Origin: Ginglymostoma cirratum
Taxonomy: Eukaryota
Assembly (NCBI GenBank): GCA_024137785.1
Contig: JAHRHZ010000085.1
Location: forward strand, 2,767,494 to 2,831,493
Reading direction: 5' to 3'
DNA length: 64,000 bases
Shown here: positions 37,911 to 52,464 of the stretch, piece after piece
Numbering within the stretch: position 1 is the first letter of the stretch
Layout of the letters: every line of letters begins with the position of its first letter
Program-made: the position numbers and the translations under genes
Notes under the pieces: generated by a model
Told to the model about the DNA's origin: nothing
Seen by the model: only the letters and a program-made list of their open reading frames with translations
Database searches by the model: none

Positions 37911-40475
37911 TTCCCCTCCCCTCTCTTTTTGAATAATGGTGAATTGCATTCTTCTCTTAGTCTTTCCACATTCCTCCTGCCTGTCCTTACTTGCCTAGCA
38001 AGATCATGTGTGGAGGTTTGTTTTATTCTTTTATGAAATGTGGACAAATCTGCTTGGGCAAGAATTTATTGCCATTGCAAGATTCTGTTAAATTGAATGG
38101 CTTACAAGGCCTTTTTAGGTGGCAGTTGGTAGCCAACCACATTGCCATGGGTCTGGAGTCACCTGTCGGCCAGGTCTGGTACAGATGGCAAATTTTCTTT
38201 CCTCAGGGACATTGGTAAAGCACATTTGTTGTGTGGTCACGATTAGGTTAACATTTTAATTCCTGATTTTTGAAACTGGATTCAAATTTCACCAGGTTCC
38301 ACGGTGGGATACAAAACAATATCCTCAGATTATAAACTGGAATTTTAGATTACTAATCAATCCAGCGCTGTACTTTGTACAATTCTGTATGCTCACTTAA
38401 AATGGGTTATAATTGGATTCTCCATCGTTCATGAGAGGTCCCTGCATTGAAGGAGCAGTTTAATCATGAAGGCTTATACAGATTGGACAAATGTCATCGG
38501 AGTTATCAACAATGGGATTAGATTATGTTGAAACAGCTGAGCAGATTTGATAGGGTAAAGACCAGAAAGATATTTCCGCATGTGCTTAAGTCTAGAATTG
38601 GGGGTTGGAAGATTTACAGAAAAGGACTCACCTATGTAACACTGAAATGAAAAATAAGTTACTCTTTCAGCAGGTCATTTGACTGTAACGTTCTTTAGAC
38701 TGTAGAATAAATATATTTGGCAGATGTTTGATGGACAATAGGGTCAAAGGTTACAAGGTGTGGGTGAAGTGCAGTGTGTTGTAGGTCAGAAATTTTGGTT
38801 AAGACTGCGATAATCTGAATACATGCTGAGAATGTTCAAGGGGCTCAGTTGTCTACCACTTCTCCTTGTCGTGATTTTCTCATAGCACTGGGGAGTGAGA
38901 CAATGAAGTGAAAGAATCACTAACTCAGAAATACTCACGGTCTGTTCTGCCATGAGCAACAATGGGACTGCTCACTCAGAGAGTCACTATAATTATGGTA
39001 CCAATATACAGCATATTTCAATTTCTGATTGGCTGGGAATGGACCTTCAACTGCCTGCCCTTCAACTGACCTTGTATGCCTTCGATAATCTCTGTTCCTG
39101 TTGGAGAATGAAACTAATGTTAACAATAAAAGCAATCATGATCATGAGGCATGATGAACTCACCAAAAGTTACATAATATTGGAACAAAGTGACCAGATT
39201 CAAAATCAGTTGAAAATTTTACCTATTGATTTGATATGGTCTGAAGTCCACTATATTCTTTTGCAATGCACATTTCACACTTTCACACCCAGAGTTGCCT
39301 GCTGCCTTGTTGCAGTATCAAAGGTATTTAATTTACAGCATTCATATCATCACCTTCAGTTATTGGAGAGAACAAAGACATGGTTCATCTTAATACTGAG
39401 ATGTTGACAAATTGTTCTGAAGGGTTCATTTTCCGGTATTGCCCATTTTGAGTTCTGAGACCCAGGAGGCCAATTGTTTTTACAGGTATCTGCATTGCTC
39501 TGAATATCGAGATCTAAGTCTGGGCTGTACACGTTCTCTGCTACAACATGCAACAATGAGTAGACCAAACAAAACAATTGAAAAGTGTTGTATCAGTACT
39601 TACCGACAGTTTTGCCTGATGTCCATCGCTTGATGAGAATTACAGCAAATAGATTTATGAAACCACCCACAACACATCTAGACACCAAAATGAGAAAAAG
39701 TTGTTTTCACTGCTGCCTAGAAGATGCAGAAAAAGTTGTATGTTTGCATCTTGCAGAAATGATGAAACAAGGTCAGAATAAAAAGTCAGGACAAAAACTT
39801 GGACATGCTTTCTTATGAAGGGTGCAATGCACACTTCATGATATCTTTCACCGTGATGCATAATCGGGTAAATTTTCTACTGACAAAGTGTGACTGATAA
39901 TAAGTCACACATGCATTATCAGTTCTGAATAATTTTCAAATGTTAATCAATTTCATAGTATATATCTGATTACATTGCGACCGGGTTTGTTGTGTATTTG
40001 TGTGCAATATCTCTAAGTATCATTGTGCTTCTATGAAATTTAATTGAATAGCTTTGCGCAAATTACAGAAAAGTAACTATACAGAAATACGATAAAGAGT
40101 GGAGAAATTAGCTCATTTTGAGAACAATGACCATCAGGCACAGCAGGCAGGTCCCTGCCTCCTTTGAGGATCGAGGTAGTATTTTGCACAGGGGCCAACA
40201 ACCCTAAAGTGGTGCAAAAAATTCATAAATAAAACTATGCAGGAGAAAATCGATTGACTTTAATGAATGGAATGGGATAGTAAATAAGAGCTACATGTAC
40301 ACAGTCTGGCCCCTTCATTGTGTAATTCATATCTCCTGGAGTTCATCCATTTCAAATGTTGAAATCACGACAATTACGGAGTTTTTTTTTAACGTGTAGT
40401 AACCTATGAACGTTCTTAAGACGTTTTCTCACCAAGAGTCCAGGACTGAGTTACAGTTCCGAGAAGGGCACTTAC

Positions 40476-40605
40476 CAATAATGGAGTAGTAGGGCCGATG
40501 TTTTTGTTGATTTGACCATGCTAGTCACCAGTATTCAAACTGTTGTCACAGTCCCATGACTGCAGATGTTTAATTTTCTGCATGCAATAACATCAGTTTC
40601 TCTTA
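40476..40605 (-). pseudogene. Possible decayed TM exon of gene B
   Basis: ctaactaacag| acceptor and TG|GTAAGT donor at the expected position; VRETDVIACRKLNICSHGTVTTV*ILVTSMVKST is only partly hydrophobic and contains a stop. Confidence 0.33.
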
Positions 40606-41144
40606 CTGTTAGTTAGCTCATTCAGTTTATACCCCAACACACCAGGTCTATCCTTGTCATTATCCCTGTTTACTTCAATTACACTGCCAAAGTAAACCTT
40701 ATGCAACCTCTCAACTGTCAATCGATTTTAATCGCATCAAAATCGAACTAAAACCTTTTTCAATTTGTTCCTCAACAATTCTTAGACCTGCACAGATTCA
40801 TGCGTCATAAGGATTCATGCAAAAATCTCAATGCAGAAAGTCTATGGAAGCTGTGAAATGTGATAAGACTGATGGCTGTAATAGATCCAAATTATCGCTG
40901 TTCTTCACGGTAACTCAGGCCATGAGAATGAAGTCCATTTGTTACGAAATTTATAGTCTGCATTCTACGTCACGACACTAAATTTACACAGTGACATGTT
41001 GTCACGTCCTGAGCCAAAAAAAAAAACAAAAGTTATGAATGGCAAGTGGCGCTTTTCAATATCATGCTTTAAAATAGCCCATGTAGGTCACAAGACGTCA
41101 CACCAAACTAGGAACAGAGAAACAGTTTGAAAAGTTCACATTTC

Positions 41145-41420
41145 TTAACCTGAATCGTGTAACTGACACGAGCTGGGAGCTTGAATGCTGTGTGGAAGAT
41201 CTGACACGTATACACTGAATCTGCTCTCCACATGATCGAGAAAGCTGGAAACTGTAAACAAGCTCCCCTATTTCCACACTTGCGTTGATCTCAGATGTAA
41301 TTAGGATATCATTTTAAAACCAAATTACGTGAATTTCCCCTGGGAAAAATGGAGCCGTTGTGCAGAGGAGAGTGATGGACGGAAAGGACAGATGAGTAAT
41401 CTTCACTGGAATTGGAAGCA
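41145..41420 (-). pseudogene. Gene B C1 exon (pseudogene)
   Basis: Acceptor attcacag|; VLPIPVKITHLSFPSITLLCTTAPFFPGEIHVIWF* (TAA 41314-41316), then frameshifted LFTVSSFL and SVYTCQIFHTAFKLPARVSYTIQ; clearly paralogous to gene A C1. Confidence 0.88.
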
Positions 41421-42944
41421 CTGTGAATACATTGATGGAAATATGTGTTGAAACGTTATTAGTACATTGCAACAGCAAAATATATGAAAGAACGGGTATC
41501 TTCGAAGAATAGAGTTGAGCGAACAATAAGAGTATTCCTTTAGTTTGGAAACCCCAGGAAGCAAAATAAATTCACCAAGACGCCTCAGACAGCAGCTTGC
41601 AAACAGAAGACCGCTTTTCCACCCAGAAAGACAAAGGCAGCTCAGACATGGGAGCACCATCATCTTCACATTCTCCTCCAAGCCACTCACGATCCTGACT
41701 TTGAAAATACATCACGGTTCACTCAGTGTCACTGGGTCAAAATCCTGCAATTCCCTCTCTAATGGCATTGTGGGTCTGAGTGCACCAACTGGACTGAATA
41801 GTTCAAGAAGTCAGTTTCTCGTCATCTTCTCAAGGGCATTTATAGGGTATGAGTAAAAAATGTTGGTTCTGTTAGCGACCAGCACATTCTACGAGTGATT
41901 AATAAAAAATTAAAACATCGGTTGAGCATGGAAATTATCTCTTCACTTGTCTTCATACAAACACTAGTTGATGGAAGCCACCATTAACGGACTGGAAACA
42001 ATTTGAGGTTCAGTTGTTCAGAATGCGCCTGTTCGATGTTTTAAAACTCCCTTAATCTTTCATTGTGATGGAAATATTCGGTTCCGTTTGTTCAGTTATG
42101 AGATATGTGTCGCTAGCACGTATTGCCTCTCCATTTCTACATTCATATAAACATCAACTTAGATGGGGTGACGGCATTGTAATGAGTAATTAATTTGCAC
42201 AAAAGTTATGATCATGACAGCAGAATAAAAACATATTCCGTCCAGCTAGGGCGAATCTATAGAAAACAATGCCTCCTAGGACAAACTGAATCAATATATT
42301 TCTGAGTTAAATACACTTTGTGATAGTAGTTCACACTGTGTGTAAATAAAATATTTGTTAAAATTAAACCAGCATAAGTAAAAAAGCTAGTAGGTCAATG
42401 ACCAGAACAACGATTGACCCAATAATCTATATTTTCGACGATTCGTGGCCAACATTCCTGGTGTATTTAGTGAATTTCTAAGACTCTACCCCAATTTTAG
42501 GCTTTGTTGAAAGAAAATGTAAAATTATTTTGGCCCTTCTCTCATCCTCTGACATCGCTGAGGTTTGATGTCTGGGTGCTTTACGTATTGTTTCATTTCC
42601 TTTCCAGTTGCAGTTAAGACAGTTAAGATTGAAAGGCACATTTTCAGCTGCATTTCAAAGCCTTTTAGTCCCATCTCATAACATTTTCTGAGTTACTTAA
42701 TCGTTTCTCTCGAGGTTTCCTCTGACTTTGTCTTGATTATAGTGTTTGACCTTCTTTTGTAATGCTCGGCGAATGTATGGCACAGCATTTTAACACAAAG
42801 AACTGAGCGCACATTTTTTTTCCAGTAGGTCTTTGAAAGACTCGAACAAACTCAATTTCGTGTTCTTTAATTGAAACTCTGTCAGAGAGACAAGCTGACA
42901 GCTTGAGTTTTTTTTTCGTTCATTCACGGGATGTGGCTTTCGCT

Positions 42945-43345
42945 GATGATGCCCAGCAGTTATTCCCCGCGCTACATCGGGAAAGCAACCAACATGATCA
43001 ACGAGCCCGCAACCCCCCCCCCCCCACCTCCCCGCGCTCCCCGCCGCCCCACCACCCCGGTTATACTCTCTTGTACTCTCTTCCTTCAGGCAGAAGATAT
43101 AAAAGTTTTGATACACGGATGATCAAATTCAAGAACAGCTTCTTCCCTGCTGTTATTAGACTTTTGAATAGACCTCTTTAGTTTTCATGCTGATCTCTCT
43201 CTGCACCTTCTGGGCGGCTGTAACACTGTATCCTGCACTCTGCTTTGTTACCCTGATGCCCCTGTCCAGTCCGATCTGCTCGTAAAGCATGTAAAACAAC
43301 ACTTTTCACTGTACCTCGGTACACGTGACAGTAAGAAATCAAAAT
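42945..43345 (+). mobile_element. Rex1/L2-type LINE 3' end
   Basis: LPSGRRYKSFDTRMIKFKNSFFPAVIRLLN followed by TTTTCACTGTACCTCGGTACACGTGACA tail. Confidence 0.7.
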
Positions 43346-44492
43346 CTTCAGTTGACCAGAGAACAGTGAAGAGTCATCCACTTTGCAGTGAGTCTGGAGT
43401 CTCATGTAGGCCAGACCAAGGAAGGGAAACAATTTCCTTCCCTAAAATAACGAGATGGTCTTTTCGAGCAATATGCAACGGATGCCATGGCGGGATTTGA
43501 ACTTGCGTCTCCAGATAATACCACTGGGACATTGGTCGTTCATATATTAATTGTGAATTGCTTTCACAACTTATACATCAAACCATATTCCACTTCCAAA
43601 GTAAACAGCTTCCTTTAAAATCGGGTATTTTACTTTTAGGAGTTAATGCATTTTGTTTATCCTCACGCAATGATGCTCTTCCAGTTCTATCATTAACTCC
43701 GTTAATGTCCCACCCAGTGGAGAATATCTGTCTCCTGCAGGACCTGTGGAAAGTAATTCTACATCCTTTGGCGCTCGGTTCCTCTGGATGACTTTGGGGC
43801 CTGGGGAAGGGTCACTGGACACGAACGTTAACTCTGATTTCTCTCCACAGATTCTGCCCGACACGTTGAGGTTTTTCAGCAATTTCTGTGTTTGCTTCAT
43901 TAACTTGTCTTTAATCCACTTCATCCCAGTTTCAAATCGTGTTTTGCTGTATGGCATCGGATTATGGGAAACACTTCAGTCTCACTGATGAGATCGTATG
44001 ACACTCAAACTGAATTCGAGCAACAGACGTTGTAAAAAAGTAAGTTTACAAATCGGCTTTGAAGCATGGGAATTAGCGCTGTTTTATTAAAAAATTCCCC
44101 AACCAGTCCTTGAAAAGAAACCACTTTATTTTAGATCTCATTGAATATTTACCACATGACAGAGTGCGGTGCACGTATGGAATGAGCTGCCAGAGGAAGT
44201 GGTGGAGTCTGGTCCAATTACAACATTTAAAAAGCATCTGGATGGGTATAGGAATAAGAAGGATTTAGAGGGATATGGGCTAAATGCTGGAAAATGGGAC
44301 GAGATTTACCTAGGACATCTGGTTAGCAGAGACGAGTTGGAGCGAAGGGTCTGTTTCCGTGCAGCGCATCTCTGTAGGAATATATTTCACCATGTCATTC
44401 GTGGTTATTGTTGTTTCTAAATCTATTACATGTAAATGAAGATAACTGTAAGCATAATTTTCCATCGGTTCAAACAAAGTCATCATGTATGC

Positions 44493-44722
44493 GAGAGATA
44501 ATAGGTACTGCAGATGCTGGAGAATCCGAGATAACAAGGTGTGGAGCTGGATGAACACAGCAGGCCAAGCAGCATCATAGGAGCAGGAAAGCTTGACGTT
44601 TCGGGCCAAGACCCTCCATCAGAATTTCTGACGAACGGTCTCGGCCCGAAACGTCAAGCTTTCCTGCTCCTGTGATGCTGCTTGGCCTGCTGTGTTCATC
44701 CAGCTCCACACCTTGTTATCTC
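44493..44722. mobile_element. Palindromic mini-element with hammerhead motif
   Basis: TSD TCATCATGTATGC at 44480-44492 and 44723-44735; CTGACGA...GAAACGTC on + strand. Confidence 0.88.
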
Positions 44723-46291
44723 TCATCATGTATGCACCATCCTACTGTAAATGACTTCAACCTTTGCAATACAATCTCTTAATGCGCTTTAAGAATGTGT
44801 AAGCTTGCAATGTGCAAGTGATCACAGAGCCACAGAGTCGTGGATATCTGCAGGATGAAAACATGGGGGCATGGAGCCCACTATCTATTTCATCTATGCC
44901 TCTCATGATTTTAATGCCTCTGTAAGGTCACCACTCTGTCTGCTATCCTCCAAGGAGGAAAAAAAAACACGAAACCAACGGCAGATCCTGTGGAAACGCT
45001 ATCAGCACAGATATAATCCACTGTCAGCAATTCTAGCCATGAATTATTGTCTAAATCGCAATTTATAACATTGCTGTGTTGGTGTAGCTTTGTTTTATTT
45101 TCACTCTGTCCAACGTATCCATCCCCCGTTTCCAATTTTGTGACATAGTTACTAACATACTGTAGCAGAAACAGAAATTTCTGGAGAAACTCGGCAGAGC
45201 TGGCAACAACTGTGGAGAGAAAGCAAAGTTAAAGTTTCGCGTCCGGAAACCCTTCTTCAGAACATTCCCTTCCTCGGGCAGACTGTGCCCTGGTTGATTC
45301 CATGACTGCTTCCTGATTGATTCCATAGACAATCAGGAAAAGACTCTGCGCGAAGGATAAATACAGTGGAGTTCTACAGATGAGAATAACGAATGAAATG
45401 GATCCAAATAAGATTTCATTGAGACCTGAATACTTCTTTGCGATGACGCGATGGATCTTTTAAACTCAGTGAACATCAGTTCAATCAACATTTTCCATGT
45501 TTGAAAATAAACGAAAGAACTGTGGATGCTGGAAATCAGAAACAGAAAACTGAATTTGGAATTCTGAAGATGGGTCACTGGCCCCGAAACGTTTACTCTG
45601 ATTTCTTTGCACAGCTGCCGCCAGACCGGTTGAGTTTTTCCCGTATTTTCTGTTTTTCGCATGTTTGAATCTGTTAATCGGTTAAAAATGTGAGGCCAGA
45701 AACTTCATGGATTCTGCAACAAGTGACTCAGGAGTTTACTCTTTGCCATCTACAAGCAAATATTACGATGCAATACCCGCGAAATTGTGTGTGCAGGTCA
45801 CTGCAACAATATTCCACAACAGTCTAAATAAACTCCAATGACAGCACGCAGAGGACTTTAAATGCTCAAGTTATAGGGACACTCTGCAGTAAGCGTCATC
45901 TCCAAAATGCGCTGTTACTTGATAAACCTTCTTAAACACAAAATCTCAAATCCATGGGCTGACAACCTTTCTTCCTTCTGACATGGTCAGAGTGGTTCAA
46001 ATTGTGACATATATGCAATAGGAATTGGTTGTGGCCCAAGGATGTCCATATTATTTTAAATTCTTTAAACAAGTAAGTGATATTTAAATAGGTTGTTCGA
46101 GATTGGAGAACATTGACGACCGGAAGTCAGCTTTCTGAATGACACTGACTGTTTCACGACACATAGTAGGGGCCAGGCAAGCGCAAAACATCTCAATGAC
46201 GGACACAAGTGTCTGTTATTTTATTCTGCGACATCTCCTTTCATAGCTATGGAATTTTACACTGGCCCATTAACAATTCAGTGGCACTTAC

Positions 46292-46612
46292 CGTGCACGA
46301 TAAGCCTCGACCCAATTCCATTGAAAATCTTCCTGCTCGCGACCCTATTGCTGCAATTGCAGATTCCGGAGTCCTGGAAATGGAGATTCAGCAGTTGGAA
46401 CTGAGTAGATCCATGCTTGAATGGGAACATGAGTTTCTTTTTTGCTGCTGTCAGATTCACAGATTTGTCCTGGTCGCTTCTCCCTCAGTAAACGTCCACC
46501 GATGGGTTATGATCGAACGGCGGAATGGAACAAAACATGGACACATTTGTACCTTCCAGTGCAGTCAGGCATGCGGGGAATTGAGTCACAGAGAAAGGGA
46601 TTTCGTTGGTAG
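46292..46612 (-). pseudogene. Gene B VJ exon (pseudogene)
   Basis: 321 nt, same length as the gene A V exon; ...LTALEGTNVSMFC...VDVY*...LLNLHFQDSGICNC...FNGIGSRLIVH; canonical Trp codon is TGA (46485-46487); YYC changed to CNC; splice sites intact. Confidence 0.9.
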
Positions 46613-46724
46613 CTGACAGAAACAAAAAAGAAACATGTACATATATAATTGCGGATTGGAAGCAGAAACGTCTATGTAGTTTTTACTCACTTTGTTTTTA
46701 TCTGACAAGTTTTCGTTTGAATAC

Positions 46725-46780
46725 CGGTGTAAATAATGCCCAACACTGAAATTATACCAGGCTCTTTCAAGTACAGACAT
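46725..46780 (-). pseudogene. Gene B leader exon (frameshifted)
   Basis: ATG at 46780; resembles gene A leader (...GGCATT(ATT)TACACCG|gtat vs GGCATTTACACAG|gtat) but is 56 nt (phase 2), implying a 1-nt indel. Confidence 0.7.
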
Positions 46781-49700
46781 TTTGACCAAAGTCGATAAAA
46801 TCAAACTCTCTCTGCAAGTAGCTGGAAAAGGTCATAAAAGTGCGGTATGGATAGAAGTACTTGAAGATGATATGGTATTGAAGGTGTCGCAATAAATCTT
46901 AGCAGATATAACTGTACCTCCAACATCAGGGCTCTGGCTTCTGTCTGACATCAAAGTTGACCGCACATTGTGGAACTTGAAACTTTTCCGCTCTCATCGA
47001 CCTTTAACACAATGTACATTTTTGCATCCACCGAACATTTCCGATTTGCTGCAGCCCTTAGCAAATTGTCAAATTGACCAGCTTGTGCTCACGTATACAT
47101 GGTAGAGTCACGAAACAGTCATCCTCCATTCACCGTTTTCAATGCACCTCAGGGATTTTGGATGGGTGTGTGCTGTGGAAACTCAACTGTCCATCTCAGT
47201 AGCATTGTGACATTTCTGAATAGGAACGGTGTTTTGGTGTTGGGTCCGTGACACTGTGACTGTCCTTCAGCTGACATGGCACTCTGCAATTGATTGGTAC
47301 GCTTTATTCTAATCACATTCGTTGAAATTACGGAATGGAACATCATCCCAAATTCAACAAAACGTTGATCAAATGTCTGTCTCACACAATAACTTTTGGG
47401 GGAAACGATTTTTCTGATTGCCCAGCACATATTCACAGCATATAGTGCGGCTGGTGATTGTGCAATGATTGTGTAGTTATTGTTAGTTATTATTCTTTTT
47501 CTGCCGCCGACCTGTTTCCTGTGGTTTACTGGTTCAGAGTACTGCTGCTAACAAGGTGTAGTTACTGACATGGACCTGATATATATTCTTGTGTCTGGGT
47601 GAGACAAGTGCTCATGATGGAAAATTTGCTATTGATCCTTTCTGTCTTCCATTGATTATGTTGGTTCTTGCAAGGATATTTTGTTTCCCAGTGACTTAAC
47701 ACTTCTGCTGCTGTAACTTCATAATGTTTAACTTTGTGATGGTGATCCCAACGAGTGTTTAGTGCTGTTGGTGACCGTGTGTATGTGTTCTTTTAGTGGA
47801 AACTCGATGTTGCTGGTCGTGACTCAGAGTTTCTGCTGGGATTACACTTGCGCCGCAGGTAATGGTGCTACTCAATCCTACTCACCAGTGTGACCTGGTC
47901 ATCATGTTTTTAAATGAATCCCACTGCTCGTTATCGTGTAAATCATTTTTGGCGACTGGGTGTTCCGACTGTTGTTGACTCAGTCGTAGTATTGCGAGAA
48001 TATATGTCGACCTGATTGTGTAAAATCTACATGTTTAAAAATATTCCCTGGTGAATTCTAACAGTTTTGCTGAGCAAAGGTTCCCCAAAGGTTGCGTGAG
48101 TATATGCTTGTGACAAAAATGAGTGAGCTTTTTCGTCATAACATATACCTTTTGAATGTGTGCTGCTTGTGATTTGGTTCAATGTTTCTGCGCATATATC
48201 TTCGGCGAGTACCTTGTATTATCTGTCTCTGTATGAAAGCCAATATGTGTGTTAGTATTATTTTTGGATTACATGTTCATGTGTGGCATTTTAGTGTGAG
48301 TTTACCTTGCTCTGGTGGAATGATTGCCAAGTAAATGCTTCACTTTGAATAGTTGTGTGTATATCAGTGCGTTGGCTGTGTTTTCTGTTAGATATTGCAC
48401 CAGTTCATAATCACGATACTATTATTTGATTCCAAACCAACTGAAAGTATTCACTTGTGCGTCTGCTCAAGATTTGTTCATCCTTTCAATCTGATTGTTC
48501 CACCTATTATCTGGTGTTTAGTGCACTGATCAAGTCCTATCTTGAGGTCAGACCTTCAGCTTGGTCTCTGGTACCTGAAATACTGAAGACAGTGCCTTGC
48601 CTCTGGGGCAACTGTGCCTCTGTTCTTCCTCCAGCCTTCCAAGTTTTCCACCACACTGCTGCATGTATGATTGGATTTCTGCAGTCATATGTCATGCATC
48701 CAAACAGGATATCTGCCATGTTCCATTCAGTATTGAACATTGAAATACATTTTGTTCAAGGTCTCGAGATCTGTGCTCATTTATTGCATAGTGACACGAA
48801 GAGTTTTGAGTCCAGCTTAATAGATGAAAGGGGAAATCCGACGATAAGACATAAGAATTATGACAAGATCACCTCACTAAAATGAAGCGGAAACAACCCG
48901 ACAAAACTCAATCAAATATTCATGAAAATACAGACATAGTTCTGTGGGGAATGTATCGATCCAATTTGATATGATATAACATCTTATTTACTTTTTAGTC
49001 TCAAAAGGCTCAAGCTCTCCTTGCAACAATGAGAGTTTAGCACCAATAAAAAGAGTATCCGTGGAAGAATAAATGAAGTTCGCACCTGTTCATAAGATGC
49101 CATTTTCCCTCAAATTTTGAGGTCGACTTATTCAATAAGCCTTGCACTGGATACTCGCGTTAGTTTCCAACATGAGAGACTAATGTGAGAAACGCAAAAT
49201 GATGCTTCGAAGATAACTGCTCCAGTGAAATAGATACTGGAAAGATCTCTGAAAATTTACTGAAAATATACAAACACTTCATTTTTTGACATAAAGTGAA
49301 GTCACTTCAAAACACAAACGTATTCTTTTCTTTTTATGCACAGTGCATTCACAAAAACACTGAATGGACTCTTCGTTCTATTGACTCAAGACTGCAGCCT
49401 ACGACCCAGCAACATTTCGGTTTATTGTGCAATACGTCCCACTCAGCCGAGCCGACAAGCAAGTGGAACCACTCTAGAGTTCACCTCAGGTCATGAAACA
49501 CAACTTTCCTTTCCTGTCGGTTTCATACTTCTATTCAAAATGTTCGAACATTTATTTCATACACTCAGTTTTGATCAGTTTTAGCATTCGGGTGTTTATA
49601 TTTCGTAATGATAAACAGATAATACCTGCCGCTTTTTGCTCTACACGCAAAAAAAAATCTGATCTAACCACCGGTGATTCAGCTCACAAATCGGAATTTC

Positions 49701-52464
49701 TCGAATTTGAGAACTCATAAAAGCAGCTCAATTGTTGAAGATATCTGCTTCAGGACGACACATATCTTTAACCATTGGTCTTTCGAACACCTATCTGACA
49801 ATGTGAATAAGTTTCAGTTCCGTCCTGTCCCAAACAAACACAGAATGGTCAGTTGTCTCGAACCGTTAACTTTATTTTCTCTGCACTGAGTTTCTCCAGC
49901 AATCAGTGTTTTTGTTTCAGATCCTCAGTATCCGCAACTGTTTGTTTGACGTCCTGTCCCAAAATTAGAGCACTCGCTCATTCCAGCCAAATAACTTTCG
50001 AGCTCCTACTCTCATACAAGCCCACAACGATGGAAGTTTTCAATAACAATATAATAGGCAAGCCAGCGCAGTAAAAAAAACACAATTTTTGTTTCGTTTA
50101 TGTCTTGCAGCATCTGTGGAGAGAAGTCAGAGTTAACATTTCGGGTCGAGTGACCCTTTCTCAGAACGAGTTTTCCAGCAATTTCTGTTTTTGTTTCTGG
50201 TTTACAGCATCCGCTGTTCTTTTCGTTTTTATTCAACATTTATTATTATGCTTTCACGGAATGTGGACGTTGTTGGCTGGGCCAGTATTTAATGTAAACG
50301 CCTAAATGCCCCTGAGAAAGCCGCCTCTCGCTGCCTTCTTAATCTGTTGTCGCCAACGTGGCGCAGATAAACCTAGTGAGCAGTTAGGGAGGGAATACAG
50401 CAGGGTTTCAGAAGCAGGGGATCGCTCCGCGTTGATCCACATCGTTGTATGGAAGTGCATTACTTCTTTCTAAACAGTAGAATTCCGGAGTTTGCTGAAA
50501 TCTCGCTACTTGCCTGAATGGCTACAGCTCCCACAGAACTGAGAAGGACGACATCAGGATAAAGTAGTGAAACTGACAGACAAGACATTCATTGTCTTAA
50601 AGCTTCAAGAAAGAAACACTGTCTCTGAGATTAATTGTCAGAGATTCCTCGAGACAGTGAATAAACAAAATGCTATTACCTATTATTTAATTGCAATTGA
50701 CATTTTAGTTGAACACATCTCAATTTCCGTCTAAATGCACTTCGCAACTGAAGAGCAGGAGCAGACTGAAGCAATCACTGATCTCGAACTTTCCATGCGT
50801 TCCATTACCATGGTTACGTCTTGAATTTGATGGATTTCTGAGCGAAATAGTCTTCGTGAATGTCAGTGGGTGTCTCCGCCAGGGAAAGTGGAATCTTTGT
50901 ATCACGGCTGCCCGAAAAAATCGGCAAAATTAAGCAAATCCACATCACTCACCAGCCGACGTGACAGTTACTTCATTTTACAGAAACTAACGATTTGCAA
51001 TAAGTAAAAACTTCGGCGTTTTTACACAATTAAGTCATTGATCCAACGGCCATGGCATTTTCATGGGAAGTTGAAAGCATGATTTAGAGCAGTTACTGAA
51101 TACATCCTGGTTTCTTTCGAACTCTAATTAGGTTACGAATGCCTTTGAATCATAGAATCCCTCCAGTGTGGTGAGAGGCCATTTGGCCCATCGAAACTGC
51201 ACCGACCCACCAAACAGCGTCCCACCCGACCCGCCCCCCCACCTTTATCCCGTTACCCCACATTCCGCAACCCCCCATTCCCACCGGTAATCCATATTTA
51301 CTGCTAATTACCAGACTGCGGACAATTTAGCATGGCCAATCCACCAAGCCCGCGTATCATCGGACTGTGGGAGGAAACCAGGGTACAAGGCAGAAACCCA
51401 AGCTGACAAGGGGAGAATATACAAACTCTACACAACCCAAAGCTGTACTCAAAGGGGGATCGCTGTCTCCATGAGACAGCAGTCCGACCATGTTTGAAAC
51501 ACGCTTTTTCTCTGAAATGGACTTTGCTATATCCTGTGGCTGCAATGAAATTCTGAGAAAAATGTTCTCAAAGAAAGAATATTATTGTTTTGTGGAAACG
51601 GATAAAAAAAGGGGCGGGTTTTGCACAAGTCTGGTTGATGCTACACTTCAGTCTGGAGGGCCATGTGAGTGACAAAAACAGAAAGTGCTGGAAAAGCTCA
51701 GCAAGTCTGGCAGCACCTGTGAAGAGAAATCAGAAATAATGTTTCGGTTCCGGTAACCCTTCCTGAGAACTGAAGAGGGCAATGTCGTGAACTGGGTAGC
51801 ATTAACATTTAGTTTTTCTGATGGAAAGAGGGGCTGTGACAGTAGTTTCACCACCTAGGCTTAGATTTTGCGATAACTGCAGTTGCCTCTCCGTGTTATC
51901 ATTTCCGCTCACTGTTACCAGAACAAGATCTTTTCTGAAAACGCATGCATGTTGTCCACTCGGCAAGGAATTAGTCACGTGCTTCTTGACTTCATCTCGA
52001 CGCAAGTGATTAATATTCGATGCATAGTTGATGTTCAAACAAACCTTCTTCAGTTCTCTTTTATATTCAATGTACGCTCTGCCAGAGTTTCGTTGTCGCT
52101 ATGTTTGTGAGTGGATCGCTGTGGAACTTATGTTTTTTGTGCATTTCGTATCCAGGTAAATGCTCCTTCTTAAAGCGTTTGAAATGTTCTTGATCGAGGT
52201 GGAAGAATAATTAAACTGATATTTGACGGATAATCGGACACTTTTTGTATGTTTTTCACGTCAGTGTTCCTTTTCCTAGGAAACCTCTGGTTTAGTGAAA
52301 ACATATTTGCGATAGTTCAGTTCGGGCAGGATTTCAGGTCGTGGAACAGAATTCAAAGAGCAGGACATGCTAAAATTCTACTGTGTGAGTGTATTGGATT
52401 AATTATGTTATATCATGCGGTACATCTTCCCTGTTTCATCAGAATATATATCTTTTGTTAACAG

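Noticed and set aside
40987-41030. RSS-like CACAGTG followed ~23 nt later by an A run
   Set aside because: The nonamer is only a poly-A tract and no coding segment abuts it; the CACTGTG near 42334 likewise has a poor nonamer.
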